Source: Puccinia triticina | Lineage: Eukaryota | Assembly: GCA_026914245.1 (NCBI GenBank) | Contig: CP110440.1 | Span: 4,402,001 to 4,466,000 of the forward strand | Direction of reading: 5' to 3' | DNA: 64,000 bases | Shown: piece by piece, positions 1-9,314 of the stretch | Numbering within the stretch: the first letter of the stretch is position 1 | How the letters are laid out: each line of letters opens with the position of its first letter | Notes under the pieces: model-generated | Database searches by the model: none | What the model was told of the DNA's origin: nothing | What the model saw: the letters and a program-made list of their open reading frames with translations, nothing else | Position numbers and translations under genes: made by a program

Positions 1-193
1 CTGAAACGTGCACCGGCTAGGCCACCACATCCACCACCCACTTGCAGTCTGTCCCTAGACTGCGTCTTCCTGCGCCAGAAAAGGGAAGAAAAAAAGGGGG
101 ATCCCGCGGATGGCTCACGACAGTGGCTAAAGTAGGGCTTACAAAAACGGTAGCAGACTACCCGGATGGTGCATACATTGGGAGGACTTACTT

Positions 194-3100
194 TTAGTCT
201 GAAATGCCCCCGCGCGGAAAATAACGCTTGACCTGATCCGCCGCAAAACGGCGCTTGAGCTCCGTGCCGTCGAGTTCCGCCAAAACGTAAGATCCACCCT
301 GAACCTGCTGAACGATCCGATAGGGTCCATTCCATTTGTGGGCGAAGAGCTGCCCCCACTGAACCTCCAAGGACCGGTTATACGCTAAAACCAAGTCACC
401 GGGGCCTAGAGGGCTGCGAATTCGACTAGGATGCTTGTCCTGCCAATAGCGGATGGACTCGGCTCGAGACTTCATCATTCGCTCATACGCCAAGGCCCGC
501 GCCTCTTCGCTGCGCTCAAGTTGTCGAGAGCGGGCTACTAGCAAATCAGCGGTGCTGCGCACCCCCTCCCAATTGACCCCAAGGAACGATTTGATGTCCA
601 GATCTATAGGAAGTGCCGCGCGTTGACCGAACACCAACTCGTAGGGAGAGTAGCCCGTCGTGCGCTTGGTTGAAATACGATCGGCGAACAAAACTAACGG
701 CAAGAACTTCCGACAGTTCTTTCCGGACTCCCCAGCTAACTTGACTAGAGCCGATTTGAGCGGCGCATGCCCGCGCTCAACCATTCCTTGAGCCTTGGGG
801 TAGTACGGAGTCGAGACCCGATGTTGACCGGGCAACAACCTGAGCATTTCCGCCAAGGCTCCGCCAAACTCCGAACCACCATCGGTTGAATAGGAACGCG
901 CTAGACCATATCGCATGGTCCAGTGCTCTTGCAAGAAAGCGGCTACGGCCTCGGACGTGATGCTGTTCAGGAACTTCGCCTCGACCCACCCGGAGAAGTC
1001 GTCGCGCGCGACGATCAGATACTTGGCACCGCTGGCCTTGATGTGCACAACGTCCATGGAGACCCGTCCGAACAGTGTCTCCTCGCCCGTCGGGTAACGA
1101 ACCTCCAGCGGCCGTCGCAGATCCCTCTTCTGGCAAGCTCCGCAACTCCGACACCAGGACTGAACCGCTTTTTTTAGAGACGGCCACCAGAAACGATCGG
1201 CCGTGCGACGATAAGTCTCCGCCGTCCCGCGGTGGCCCAAGTCCTCATGTAAACGCTGAAGGATCTCGTTTTGCTTGCTAGGAATTGTGACGACTATCCT
1301 CGGCAGCGGGCTACCCCGCTTCATGAGGCGCCCGGCTTGAACGAAGAAATCTGAAGCCTTCCTCCTTAACGCCTGAAAAGTTACCGAGTCCATTCCGACG
1401 GGCCGCGCCAGCGTTGTGAGATAATCTTCCAGCTGCCTCCAAAAGCCCTCCTGAAAGCCGGTGTACTCCGAAGCCACGTCAACCGAGAAGGCGGCCAGAG
1501 GTCTAATAATGGGAGCCTCTTCGTCGAATTCCGAGGCTGGAGGATCGGATTCTTCATCCCCTTGGGGTCGCCGTGAGAGTCCGTCCGGCATTGTGAAAGA
1601 CTTGCCAGGCCGATGAATGATATCGAAGGAGAATAGCTGTATGAAGGCCACCCAACGCGTCATTGGCGCGTTGGGGAGGCTCGGGGCGTTGACCATTTGA
1701 ATCAATGACTGAGCGTCGACTAGCAACTCAAAGTGCTGACCCCAGAGTACCGTCTGGAGTTTCTTGAGGATCCGGGCGACGCCGCACAGCTCGAGCTTGG
1801 ATTGCGAGTACCGCGATTCGACTTCGGAAAACAACAACGACTCGTAGAGAGCGGGGCGGTCCATTCCATTCGCATCTTCCTGAGTGAGCACCGCGCCCGC
1901 CGCGTGGAAGCTAGAGTCGACCGCCAGCCGTATCTTTCCCGCCTCTGGCCCGTAATCAAGCTTGACAAGTACAATGTCATGCCCAATCAATCGCTTTAAC
2001 CCCCCAAACGCTTCCTCGCAATCCGCGGTCCAAATAAAATCCGCGTCCTTGCGCGTCAGACGTCGGAGGGGCAGGCATAGTTGGGAGAGGTGAGGAATGA
2101 AAATCCTGACGTACACTACCACGCCCAAGAAACCCCGCACTTCCGTTGCATTCACCGGGGTCGGCCAGGCAAGAATCTTATTGACCTTCGTTTTTGCCAT
2201 GCGCCTTCCCTCCTTGCAGACGACGTGTCCCACGATTTCTAAGGCGGGAACGCATGCGGCGAGTTTTGACGCTGAGACTGTAAGCCCCGACTCCTCGATC
2301 CTGAACAGAATTCGCTCCAAAGTCTCCGCGTATTCCCAAATGAAGCGCCGGATTCCCGGGTGCCAATCTAGACAAACATTCCCGTAATCAGAAGTCGGCC
2401 CCTTGATCCCGCCATCGTCGATAAAAATGCCGGCGTGATCGGGAATCTTGTCTTGGAGGATCCAGACCATTTGTGCCTGGTACACGGCGACCGAATTGGT
2501 TGCCCCCTGCGGCAGCCGGGTCAGCTGGAATCTTCCGAGGGGAGTGTCGAAGGTAGTGAGTGGCCTGGAGATCGGATGGAGTGCGCGCTCGTCGTAGCCG
2601 CCCATGATGTCCCCAAGCCCGTAGCAGGCTCGGCCGGAAAACGATTCTACAAACTCTTCCGTAGCTGGCGGAACCCCCGCGTCCCGCACCGTGACTTTGT
2701 TGAGAGGCTGCAGATCGTGGACAATCCGCAATTTGCCGTTACTCTTGACCACACAAAAAACCGGGCTACTGTAGCTCGACGTAGATTGCTCGTACAGACC
2801 AGTGCTGATGCGTTCCCTGATGAGCCGAATGTATTCATCCATCTTGGCCGCCGGAATAGGGATTTTCTTCTTTTGCCAAGGGTCATGCTCCACAACGGGG
2901 ATGATATAAGGGAGACCGTATGACTCCTTCAAAAGGCCCCGCTCCGACTCTGTAAAGGCGATAGATCGGTTACGCAGTGACAGGACATTTTTGATGAGTT
3001 CCAGCTCGTCCGGATAAAGCCAGCCTTCTGGGCCGAAATTCACCACCGCCAGTCGCTCCTCCGTGACTCGGCCTCGCGGAATGAAAGGACCCGCCAGTGA

Positions 3101-4270
3101 CCGAGAAAGTCCGCAATATGGATCGCGAGAGAGAGAGGGGCGCTGGAGCGGCGGGTTGAGTCCCTGCGGCATTGGTTCGTTTACTGGCTTGATCTTGCGC
3201 GCTACGGGCTTGTACTTTGCAGCGAAAGAAAGTAATCCTCCTTCTCGCCAGGAATCCACGAGAACCCGCTGAGCCGAAGGGCTCAACCCGACAACCAGCA
3301 GACGCCCAGTCCGATGCTCCGCGCCGTCCTCGAACGCCGACTTCTCTGAGAAAGAAAATCCGGGACAAGGCGTGTGGCTCACGAGTGTGGCGCGTGGTAG
3401 GGTTTTTGAAAGTTGCGGAGCATCACGCCCCGGAGGTGCATATTGGGAGGTACTTACTTTCACTCCAAATTGCCCCCACGGCGGACCGAACTCCACCACT
3501 CCTTCATCGCACGCCAATTTCCAAGAGAATAGTTTAGACTCATCGCGGAGACGAATATGATCGGATGTAGATAGTTTCACCTCTTTGCGGAGGGTCTTTG
3601 CAGACATGCCTAGTTTAACCTCGTCGCAGAGGATCGGAAGTTTAGCCTCATTGCGGAGGGTCTTTGCAGACATGCCTAGTTTAACCTCGTCGCAGAGGGC
3701 CGTTAAAGGCGAAACTAGTTTATTCTCGTCGCGGAGACGAGAGTCGGAGATTAGTTTATTCTCGTCGCGGAGACGAGAGTCGGAAGATCGCGCCACCAGG
3801 AGCCTAGGAGCAGAGCCAGAATGTTGCGGAACGCTCACGAGTGTGGCACAAGGTAGGGTTTTCGATGATGCGGTAGCAGCTACCCGGAGATGCATACTGT
3901 GGAGGGGACTTACTTCTGTACTCAGCGCCCCTCCGGTTAGCCCACGCTGCATGTCCGTCCTTGCGCTAGATGCCGAAGCTCGTCGCGATGTTCTTGATGG
4001 GTTTAACGGAAAAGAATTCGAAAAATGAGGAAATGGAGATCGGAAAGGAATCGGACTGATGTTTTTGCGGATTTTTCGATTTTCTTGATGTTTTTCGCTT
4101 TGATTTTCTTTGAGAGAATGGGACGAAACTCCAGAGATAGGCGTTGAGACGGAAGAAACGGATGAATTGAGAGGAGAGCGGGTCTCGGGGAGAGCAGTCG
4201 ATTCCTTGGTCAGAGTTTGAGACCCTATATTAAAACTGCCAAGTTGCGAATCGACTCCATTCATAAAAAA
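194..4270 (-). CDS. pol: Pol (spacer, reverse transcriptase, RNase H, integrase), probably expressed by -1 frameshift from gag
   Basis: RT motifs RIVHDLQPLN, RLPQG and FIDD; RNase H motifs AVDSS and ELCG; integrase HEDLGH..C..C, DVVH, TDGGSEF and VERGH. The slippery heptamer TTTTTTA lies at 4264-4270. Confidence 0.93.
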   Translation of the reverse strand, partial: FFMNGVDSQLGSFNIGSQTLTKESTALPETRSPLNSSVSSVSTPISGVSSHSLKENQSEKHQENRKIRKNISPIPFRSPFPHFSNSFPLNPSRTSRRASASSARTDMQRGLTGGALSTEVSPLHSMHLRVAATASSKTLPCATLVSVPQHSGSAPRLLVARSSDSRLRDENKLISDSRLRDENKLVSPLTALCDEVKLGMSAKTLRNEAKLPILCDEVKLGMSAKTLRKEVKLSTSDHIRLRDESKLFSWKLACDEGVVEFGPPWGQFGVKVSTSQYAPPGRDAPQLSKTLPRATLVSHTPCPGFSFSEKSAFEDGAEHRTGRLLVVGLSPSAQRVLVDSWREGGLLSFAAKYKPVARKIKPVNEPMPQGLNPPLQRPSLSRDPYCGLSRSLAGPFIPRGRVTEERLAVVNFGPEGWLYPDELELIKNVLSLRNRSIAFTESERGLLKESYGLPYIIPVVEHDPWQKKKIPIPAAKMDEYIRLIRERISTGLYEQSTSSYSSPVFCVVKSNGKLRIVHDLQPLNKVTVRDAGVPPATEEFVESFSGRACYGLGDIMGGYDERALHPISRPLTTFDTPLGRFQLTRLPQGATNSVAVYQAQMVWILQDKIPDHAGIFIDDGGIKGPTSDYGNVCLDWHPGIRRFIWEYAETLERILFRIEESGLTVSASKLAACVPALEIVGHVVCKEGRRMAKTKVNKILAWPTPVNATEVRGFLGVVVYVRIFIPHLSQLCLPLRRLTRKDADFIWTADCEEAFGGLKRLIGHDIVLVKLDYGPEAGKIRLAVDSSFHAAGAVLTQEDANGMDRPALYESLLFSEVESRYSQSKLELCGVARILKKLQTVLWGQHFELLVDAQSLIQMVNAPSLPNAPMTRWVAFIQLFSFDIIHRPGKSFTMPDGLSRRPQGDEESDPPASEFDEEAPIIRPLAAFSVDVASEYTGFQEGFWRQLEDYLTTLARPVGMDSVTFQALRRKASDFFVQAGRLMKRGSPLPRIVVTIPSKQNEILQRLHEDLGHRGTAETYRRTADRFWWPSLKKAVQSWCRSCGACQKRDLRRPLEVRYPTGEETLFGRVSMDVVHIKASGAKYLIVARDDFSGWVEAKFLNSITSEAVAAFLQEHWTMRYGLARSYSTDGGSEFGGALAEMLRLLPGQHRVSTPYYPKAQGMVERGHAPLKSALVKLAGESGKNCRKFLPLVLFADRISTKRTTGYSPYELVFGQRAALPIDLDIKSFLGVNWEGVRSTADLLVARSRQLERSEEARALAYERMMKSRAESIRYWQDKHPSRIRSPLGPGDLVLAYNRSLEVQWGQLFAHKWNGPYRIVQQVQGGSYVLAELDGTELKRRFAADQVKRYFPRGGISD

Positions 4271-6390
4271 GGCGAGTCCTCCGAAGAGTCCTCCAGGATG
4301 CGCCCGCAATGGGCCAACACCCCCTTTCTTCCATAAGACGGGAACTCCCGCTCCCACCTGCCCTTGTCGACTGGGCACAAAGTGACCTCGATATTGCGTC
4401 CACTAGAATCAGGAAGAACAATCCGTTCGCCTGAGGTCGGGGAAAACATAAGAGTCGCACTGAAGTCCATCAAAAAGGGCCGCCCGAGTATAAAGGGCCC
4501 GTCGGCTCTGGTGATCCAGAAGTGACACGACCCGACGATCGAGCGGCCAATCCGGACAGGAACATCCTCTGCGACGCCAATCAGCTCGCACGCTTGATTA
4601 TTTATTCCATAAACGGCCGAACTAAAATTCACCCTCGGGGTGAGGTTCAACTTGACCGCCATTGTATCAGAGATGAGGTTAAGCTGTGAGCCTGAATCCA
4701 CCAAAGGTGTTGAGAGGGATTCCCCCTCTCCCACCGCACAGTTGAGGTATCCGAGAGGGCAGGAGTATAGGTTAGGGTCAAAATCACCTTCCGGGTCGAT
4801 ACCTTCAGCCAAAGTTCCCGAGTTAACTCTCACATCCTCAGCCCCGACCTCGATACGCCTACGAGACACCCATTTCTTGACCCCTTCAGCGACTGCTGGC
4901 GAAGCGGCACACAGCTGAGAAACCGTCACGTCGGGTACCTTAAGATCGCCGATCTTGTGAAGAAGCTCGTTTACCACCTCGGGCTGCTCCCTAAGCACAT
5001 CCCTCTCAAACCGCACCTTAGGTTGCGGCGCTGTCGCCTTCGGCGAGGTAGTTGATCGGCTAGGAACGTTTTTAGCTGAAGGAACATCGGGATCCGGGTC
5101 ATTCATGATTCGGTCGAAGAGCTCGGGCTCTTCGTCTGGACCATCCTTGCTGGGCGAGACTTCTTCTCTCGAAGGTTTTCGGATCGGGCGTCTAGCTTGT
5201 GAGGCCGGCGCCAAGGGCGCCTTGTATAATTTCGGGTCCTCGTGCCGCTTCCTCCCGGCAGGATCCGCCTCGTACGTCCCTGAGAATGACTGCGAGGAGA
5301 CGGCCGGCGGGTACCAAGGATCTAGAGAGCCGCACCCTGTCTTGTACTCTGCGGAAACGGAATTTGACGTCGGCCGAGTGGGAGTGGTAGGTCGAGGTGG
5401 ATTTGAAGAAGATCCTGGTTGAAAAGAAGCGACCACGTGGCGAATGGGGCGACTGCGGTCAAAAGGAATGAGAGCCCCGTTGGGCAAGAAATAATTCGTC
5501 CCTTTTTGCTCAACCAGGCCCGCCTCCTTATCCTTCTGTAGCTCGAGACAACGCAGCGTGCCATGGTTCTCCCGATGGCAGTAGAAACAAATCATCGGTC
5601 CACGCTCAGCCGAAGCTCCCGTTTTACCGGATCCTTGCTTCATGTATTGTTCAAAAGCCTTGAACATCTTCGTGAGCTCGTCCATTGAAGCCTCAGGTTT
5701 CGGAACCGTAGACGCGACTGCCGGGCGCTGATCGGAACCCATCTTCTTCATAATCTCATTTGCCTCTTGAAACGTCGAAACGACAGGAACAGCCAATCGG
5801 CTGTCTTCAAACGTTAATGCTGTCTGCTCCCTCATCACGGCGTCAACGGCATCCTTGAGAATCTTGAAAGCTGGAAGTTTGAATTGATTATCCAACGTAG
5901 TGACCATAGTCTTGTCGCGGACCAATTTCCGGCGTATTTCGTCCTGAACGGGTGGCGAAAAGGCCTGATAATACGAGTTTCTGATCTCTTCGACTGAGTC
6001 GATATGGGCCTTGGACAGCAAATATGACTGGATCGGCTCCCACGATTGACGAAAAGTCTGGTAGTCGGATGCTGAGACCACACCTCCCTTCTCTGACCAA
6101 GCTTGGACCAAAGACGTCAGGTCTCTTGTCGTGAATCTTGCGGTGTCGACCTTTCCCCAATAAGCAATTATAGCCGCTTTGAGCTTCGGCCAATTGGGAG
6201 GACTAAATCCATCCAGCGTCTCGAGGATGTCCAGGAGCTCGTCGTTGGCGAGAAACAAACGAATTTGTTTTGCCATATCAAGCTCGGTAGCCTCATCCAA
6301 ACCGGCCACCATCTCGTAGGTTTTGATAAACCTCTCGACCTTGGTTCCATCGAAAGAAAGCCTCTTGTTTGGCGACTTGATCTTGACCAT
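4261..6390 (-). CDS. gag: Gag-protease polyprotein
   Basis: CX2CX4HX4C knuckle CFYCHRENHGTLRC and aspartic protease motifs LVDSGSQLNLI and ILGRPFL. First ATG is at 6390; the ORF track begins at an upstream GTG at 6444. Confidence 0.92.
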   Translation of the reverse strand: MVKIKSPNKRLSFDGTKVERFIKTYEMVAGLDEATELDMAKQIRLFLANDELLDILETLDGFSPPNWPKLKAAIIAYWGKVDTARFTTRDLTSLVQAWSEKGGVVSASDYQTFRQSWEPIQSYLLSKAHIDSVEEIRNSYYQAFSPPVQDEIRRKLVRDKTMVTTLDNQFKLPAFKILKDAVDAVMREQTALTFEDSRLAVPVVSTFQEANEIMKKMGSDQRPAVASTVPKPEASMDELTKMFKAFEQYMKQGSGKTGASAERGPMICFYCHRENHGTLRCLELQKDKEAGLVEQKGTNYFLPNGALIPFDRSRPIRHVVASFQPGSSSNPPRPTTPTRPTSNSVSAEYKTGCGSLDPWYPPAVSSQSFSGTYEADPAGRKRHEDPKLYKAPLAPASQARRPIRKPSREEVSPSKDGPDEEPELFDRIMNDPDPDVPSAKNVPSRSTTSPKATAPQPKVRFERDVLREQPEVVNELLHKIGDLKVPDVTVSQLCAASPAVAEGVKKWVSRRRIEVGAEDVRVNSGTLAEGIDPEGDFDPNLYSCPLGYLNCAVGEGESLSTPLVDSGSQLNLISDTMAVKLNLTPRVNFSSAVYGINNQACELIGVAEDVPVRIGRSIVGSCHFWITRADGPFILGRPFLMDFSATLMFSPTSGERIVLPDSSGRNIEVTLCPVDKGRWEREFPSYGRKGVLAHCGRILEDSSEDSPFL

Positions 6391-6798
6391 GGCGGCGACT
6401 CCTATCGAGAAGAGAAAATTGACAGACGACGAAGAGCGGCTCACAGCGTGGCAGGTAATGCTAACGACGATGTAGAGAACCCTTGAGGTGCACTATGGAG
6501 GGGACTTACTTCTATCTCTCCTATGCCCCGCCGCTGAACTCCTAAAAAGAAAACAAAAAAAGAAAACAACAAAAAAAAAACAAGGAAACAATCGAGTCCT
6601 CAAACGTCTTGATCCTCAAACGTGGACTAGGCCGAATTGAGCGGAACAAACGACGAAACAATCAAGTCTTGATAATTTCGGAGCAGAAAAAAAAACAAAC
6701 TCCGTTCAGCTGAGATTCTCCAGATTTGGGTGGATAATAGATCGGGAAAAGAAGGAATAAGCAAAAGTATAACCGCCAGTCGCCTCAAAACCACAGTC

Positions 6799-6848
6799 CG
6801 AGACTGTAAATCTTGAGGTCGCTGGTTCGATCCCGGCTCGGGGGACCA
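6799..6848 (-). promoter_or_regulatory. Extended primer-binding site complementary to the 3' ~50 nt of mature tRNA-Tyr(GUA)
   Basis: The + strand reads CGAGA-CTGTAAA-TCTTG (anticodon arm, GTA), GGTTCGATCC (T-loop) and ends in ACCA, 2 nt from the LTR edge. Confidence 0.88.
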
Positions 6849-6850
6849 AA

Positions 6851-7593
6851 TATGGAGCTCCGCTCGGTGCTAGGCCGGCGGCAGCGCTGGGAGGGGAAAA
6901 GGTGTCGAGTGACTGCCCTCACGGATGGTCCGGATGAGTCGTAAGGATTCGAAGTGATAGCTGGGGGGGGGGAAGTGGTTTTGGGGGTACAACGAAGGTT
7001 GGATCTTCGTTGGCGGTTGTATCGCGCTCAGAATCGGAAAAAATGGATCGGAAAAGAATCGAGGATTGGATAGATTTCTTGATAGCCGCCTTGGATCAGA
7101 GCAGATGCTATGGTCTCCTATCCTCCAAGTTCGCCGGGAACTTGGATTCCTGGAGGCCTGTCACAACCATGTCATCATCTCCTCGCGCGCCGTGCGCGCG
7201 CACAAAACACAGACAACAGAGACAAGGAAAGAAACAGACAACAACAACAAACAAAAAAAAAAGAGGAGAAGGAGACAAAGGAACAGAACCCAGAAAAGAA
7301 ACGGAAAACCGCCAATAATAACCATGAGAAATAAAAGGGGAATCAGGAGACATAGAAATAAACATGACAAAAGGCAAAGAGGAAGCAAAAAAACCAGAAA
7401 TAAACCCACAGACAACCCTGTGTTAGGACCAAGAAAGAGAAGAAGGGGGGGGGGGGGGGAGAAAAGGGAAGTAAGTGGAAGAAAAGAAAAAAAAGAAGGA
7501 GAAAAGAGGATCTTGAAGGTCGAATCTTGAGGTCCGGAAGTCATGCGCCGCCTATTACTGAATCCTGAAACGTGCACCGGCTAGGCCACCACA
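6851..7593 (-). repeat. 5' LTR of E1 (743 bp)
   Basis: Begins TGTGG on -, adjoins the PBS, its end is repeated at 1-29, and it is homologous to the E2 LTRs. Confidence 0.9.
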
Positions 7594-9314
7594 TCGGACG
7601 GGGAGGGACTTGAACGGATGTGGTCCTTTCTTTCACCTTTGATCAGTCTGTTACGACTAGCAACACGGAATCACCGACTCGGGGCCCTTGCGCACAAATT
7701 GAAATACCACAACAACAGAGGGATCAGGCAACTCCGTAAGTATTGGATTTTTCCTACTCTACTTTTTGGAGGGAGAATTGATCATGATGTGAATTACCTA
7801 GTGATTTGGCTCAAAAATAAGTTCTTAGCTGCAGTTCGCCGCCGCGCCGAGGTAAAAGCGCTCTTGTCTGAGCTTCTAAACCGCCCGAATCCTTTTTCAA
7901 CCACTGGAAATAATTACACCAAGCGGTTCTTCAAATCGCAATGGGAAGAACAACGTCGATTCAAGGAAGCACACACCGAAGAACAAGAAGAACATCGAGC
8001 AAAGTTACTTGAAGTTTACAAGCAGGAAGCTGCCCTAGATGCCTTGAGGCAAGTCTTCTGGGTAGATACATAGAATGAAACTACTGATCTTATTTGTTGG
8101 CTCATGCAACAGGTCTCGCTTGTGTGAGAATCCTTCTGTTTATCTCACTAGCGCACAGGAGGTTCATGACCTCCTAGATAAGTTGGAAGAGACGGCTCAA
8201 AAACTGAAGAACGCCGCCGAGAGCTTAGGTCGAACCAAGAGGCCCCATCCAGATGACGCTGACGGTAAGCTTAGTCCATACTCCAATATCTCCACTCTTG
8301 TTTATCACTCACCTAGTTTTGTTCTTATTAGAGGAACAGAAACTCCTCTTGCTCTTGTGGGACGCTAAGTCGGCGCTATATGTGCAAGCCGTGCAACTCT
8401 GGGCCGAACGCCAGCCACTCACCGACTCCAGAACATTGGGCCGCCGTCTAGGAACAAAGTTGAGCAAAAAGATTCAGAAGGCAATCCAAAGTCGTCGTGG
8501 GCCAATCAACAAACTCATCGCGCATTACAACACTCAATTTGATCATTACGTGGCCAAGTTTCCAAGAGAATGAGTGGCCGACGCAGAAAATCATCCATTA
8601 ACGTACGAGGCGTTTGCCAGCATGGCTATTGACCACAAGTTTTGGAACGATGGTATTTATTACCATTTGAAAGCACCCTGGGCAACCAATCCGGATGTGC
8701 GCACAGGTATAACTTGCATCCTTGTGCTTGGTAGAGTGGACGAAGAGCTGGATTTAATAACTCAAGAACTGGCGCGGGCGATGTCTTGAGGAGTAGCTAT
8801 GTACACGCACATGACAGACTACATCAAATACATTTGATCTCGTATGTTTTTTTCCCTTACTACTTTAGATTTCTTGGTACTCACAGCTTGTTCACTGTTT
8901 GTTGGGTTGGCCACAGGAGGAGTGGCTCTAGAGAACAACAATAATTTGAGTGAGGATCACCTCGATAACCTGGAATTTGGCGACATTGAAAGAGGCGAGA
9001 AATTACGACTAATTAATAAGGAATTACAGTCTCGTTTGTTTGATCATGGTACACTAATGATTGAGTGGTCAGATACCGTCAAGTGGATGTGTGCTCGTTG
9101 CCAGCCCAATCTACTTCGCAATCAATGGTCTGAATGGACCAAACTTATAGCTACTGTATTAAACGATCAAGCTTCTCGACTACCAAGTAGAAATACGCAA
9201 GAGGTGGTAGTTGACATTGTCTCCGAGGACGTGGTCTTAGGAGTACAGACAGAAGATGGCGAAGAGCTTGGGGAGGCTGATCAGGGCGCTTGGGAGGATA
9301 TTGCAGAATCTTAG
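7594..9314 (+). pseudogene. 3' part of a KDZ (Kyakuja-Dileera-Zisupton) transposase gene, multi-exon, interrupted by E1
   Basis: Reads SDGEGLERMWSFLSPL immediately after the LTR, matching the DGExxERxWS motif of KDZ transposases. Intron-like gaps lie near 7735-7801, 8049-8112 (GC-AG), 8264-8331 and 8842-8916. Premature TGA stops occur at about 8571 and 8787. Confidence 0.75.

Larger units (their letters stand above)
1..7593 (-). mobile_element. Ty3/Gypsy LTR retrotransposon E1, apparently full length (3' LTR runs off the left edge of the window)
   Basis: Bases 1-29 match the end of the LTR at 6851-7593. A PPT (GTGGGTGGTGGA on -) lies at 30-41 and a tRNA-Tyr PBS at 6799-6848. Domain order is gag-PR then RT-RH-IN. 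Confidence 0.95.

Noticed and set aside
4271..4378. Independent pol start at 4378 as given by the ORF track
   Set aside because: It overlaps gag-PR in another frame. The conserved slippery site at the gag stop explains pol entry better.
6436..6535. Assigning the repeated RNA motif to hammerhead or HDV-like ribozymes, U1 snRNA or an rRNA fragment
   Set aside because: There is no CUGANGA/GAAA core. The C-rich tract pairs upstream rather than forming the HDV P3/P1.1. Resemblances to U1 (UGCAC loop, UUACCUG) and LSU rRNA (GUAAGUUCC..UGCAC) are too short to support a call.
6799..6848. Functional tRNA-Tyr gene (also 13717 and 58163)
   Set aside because: It lacks the 5' acceptor strand and D-arm, has an encoded CCA and sits at the PBS position.
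7010..7577. Lys/Arg-rich and hydrophobic ORFs in LTRs (also 10053-10937, 13633-14595, 56532-57109)
   Set aside because: They reflect purine/pyrimidine strand bias of the LTR and are not conserved as proteins between elements.
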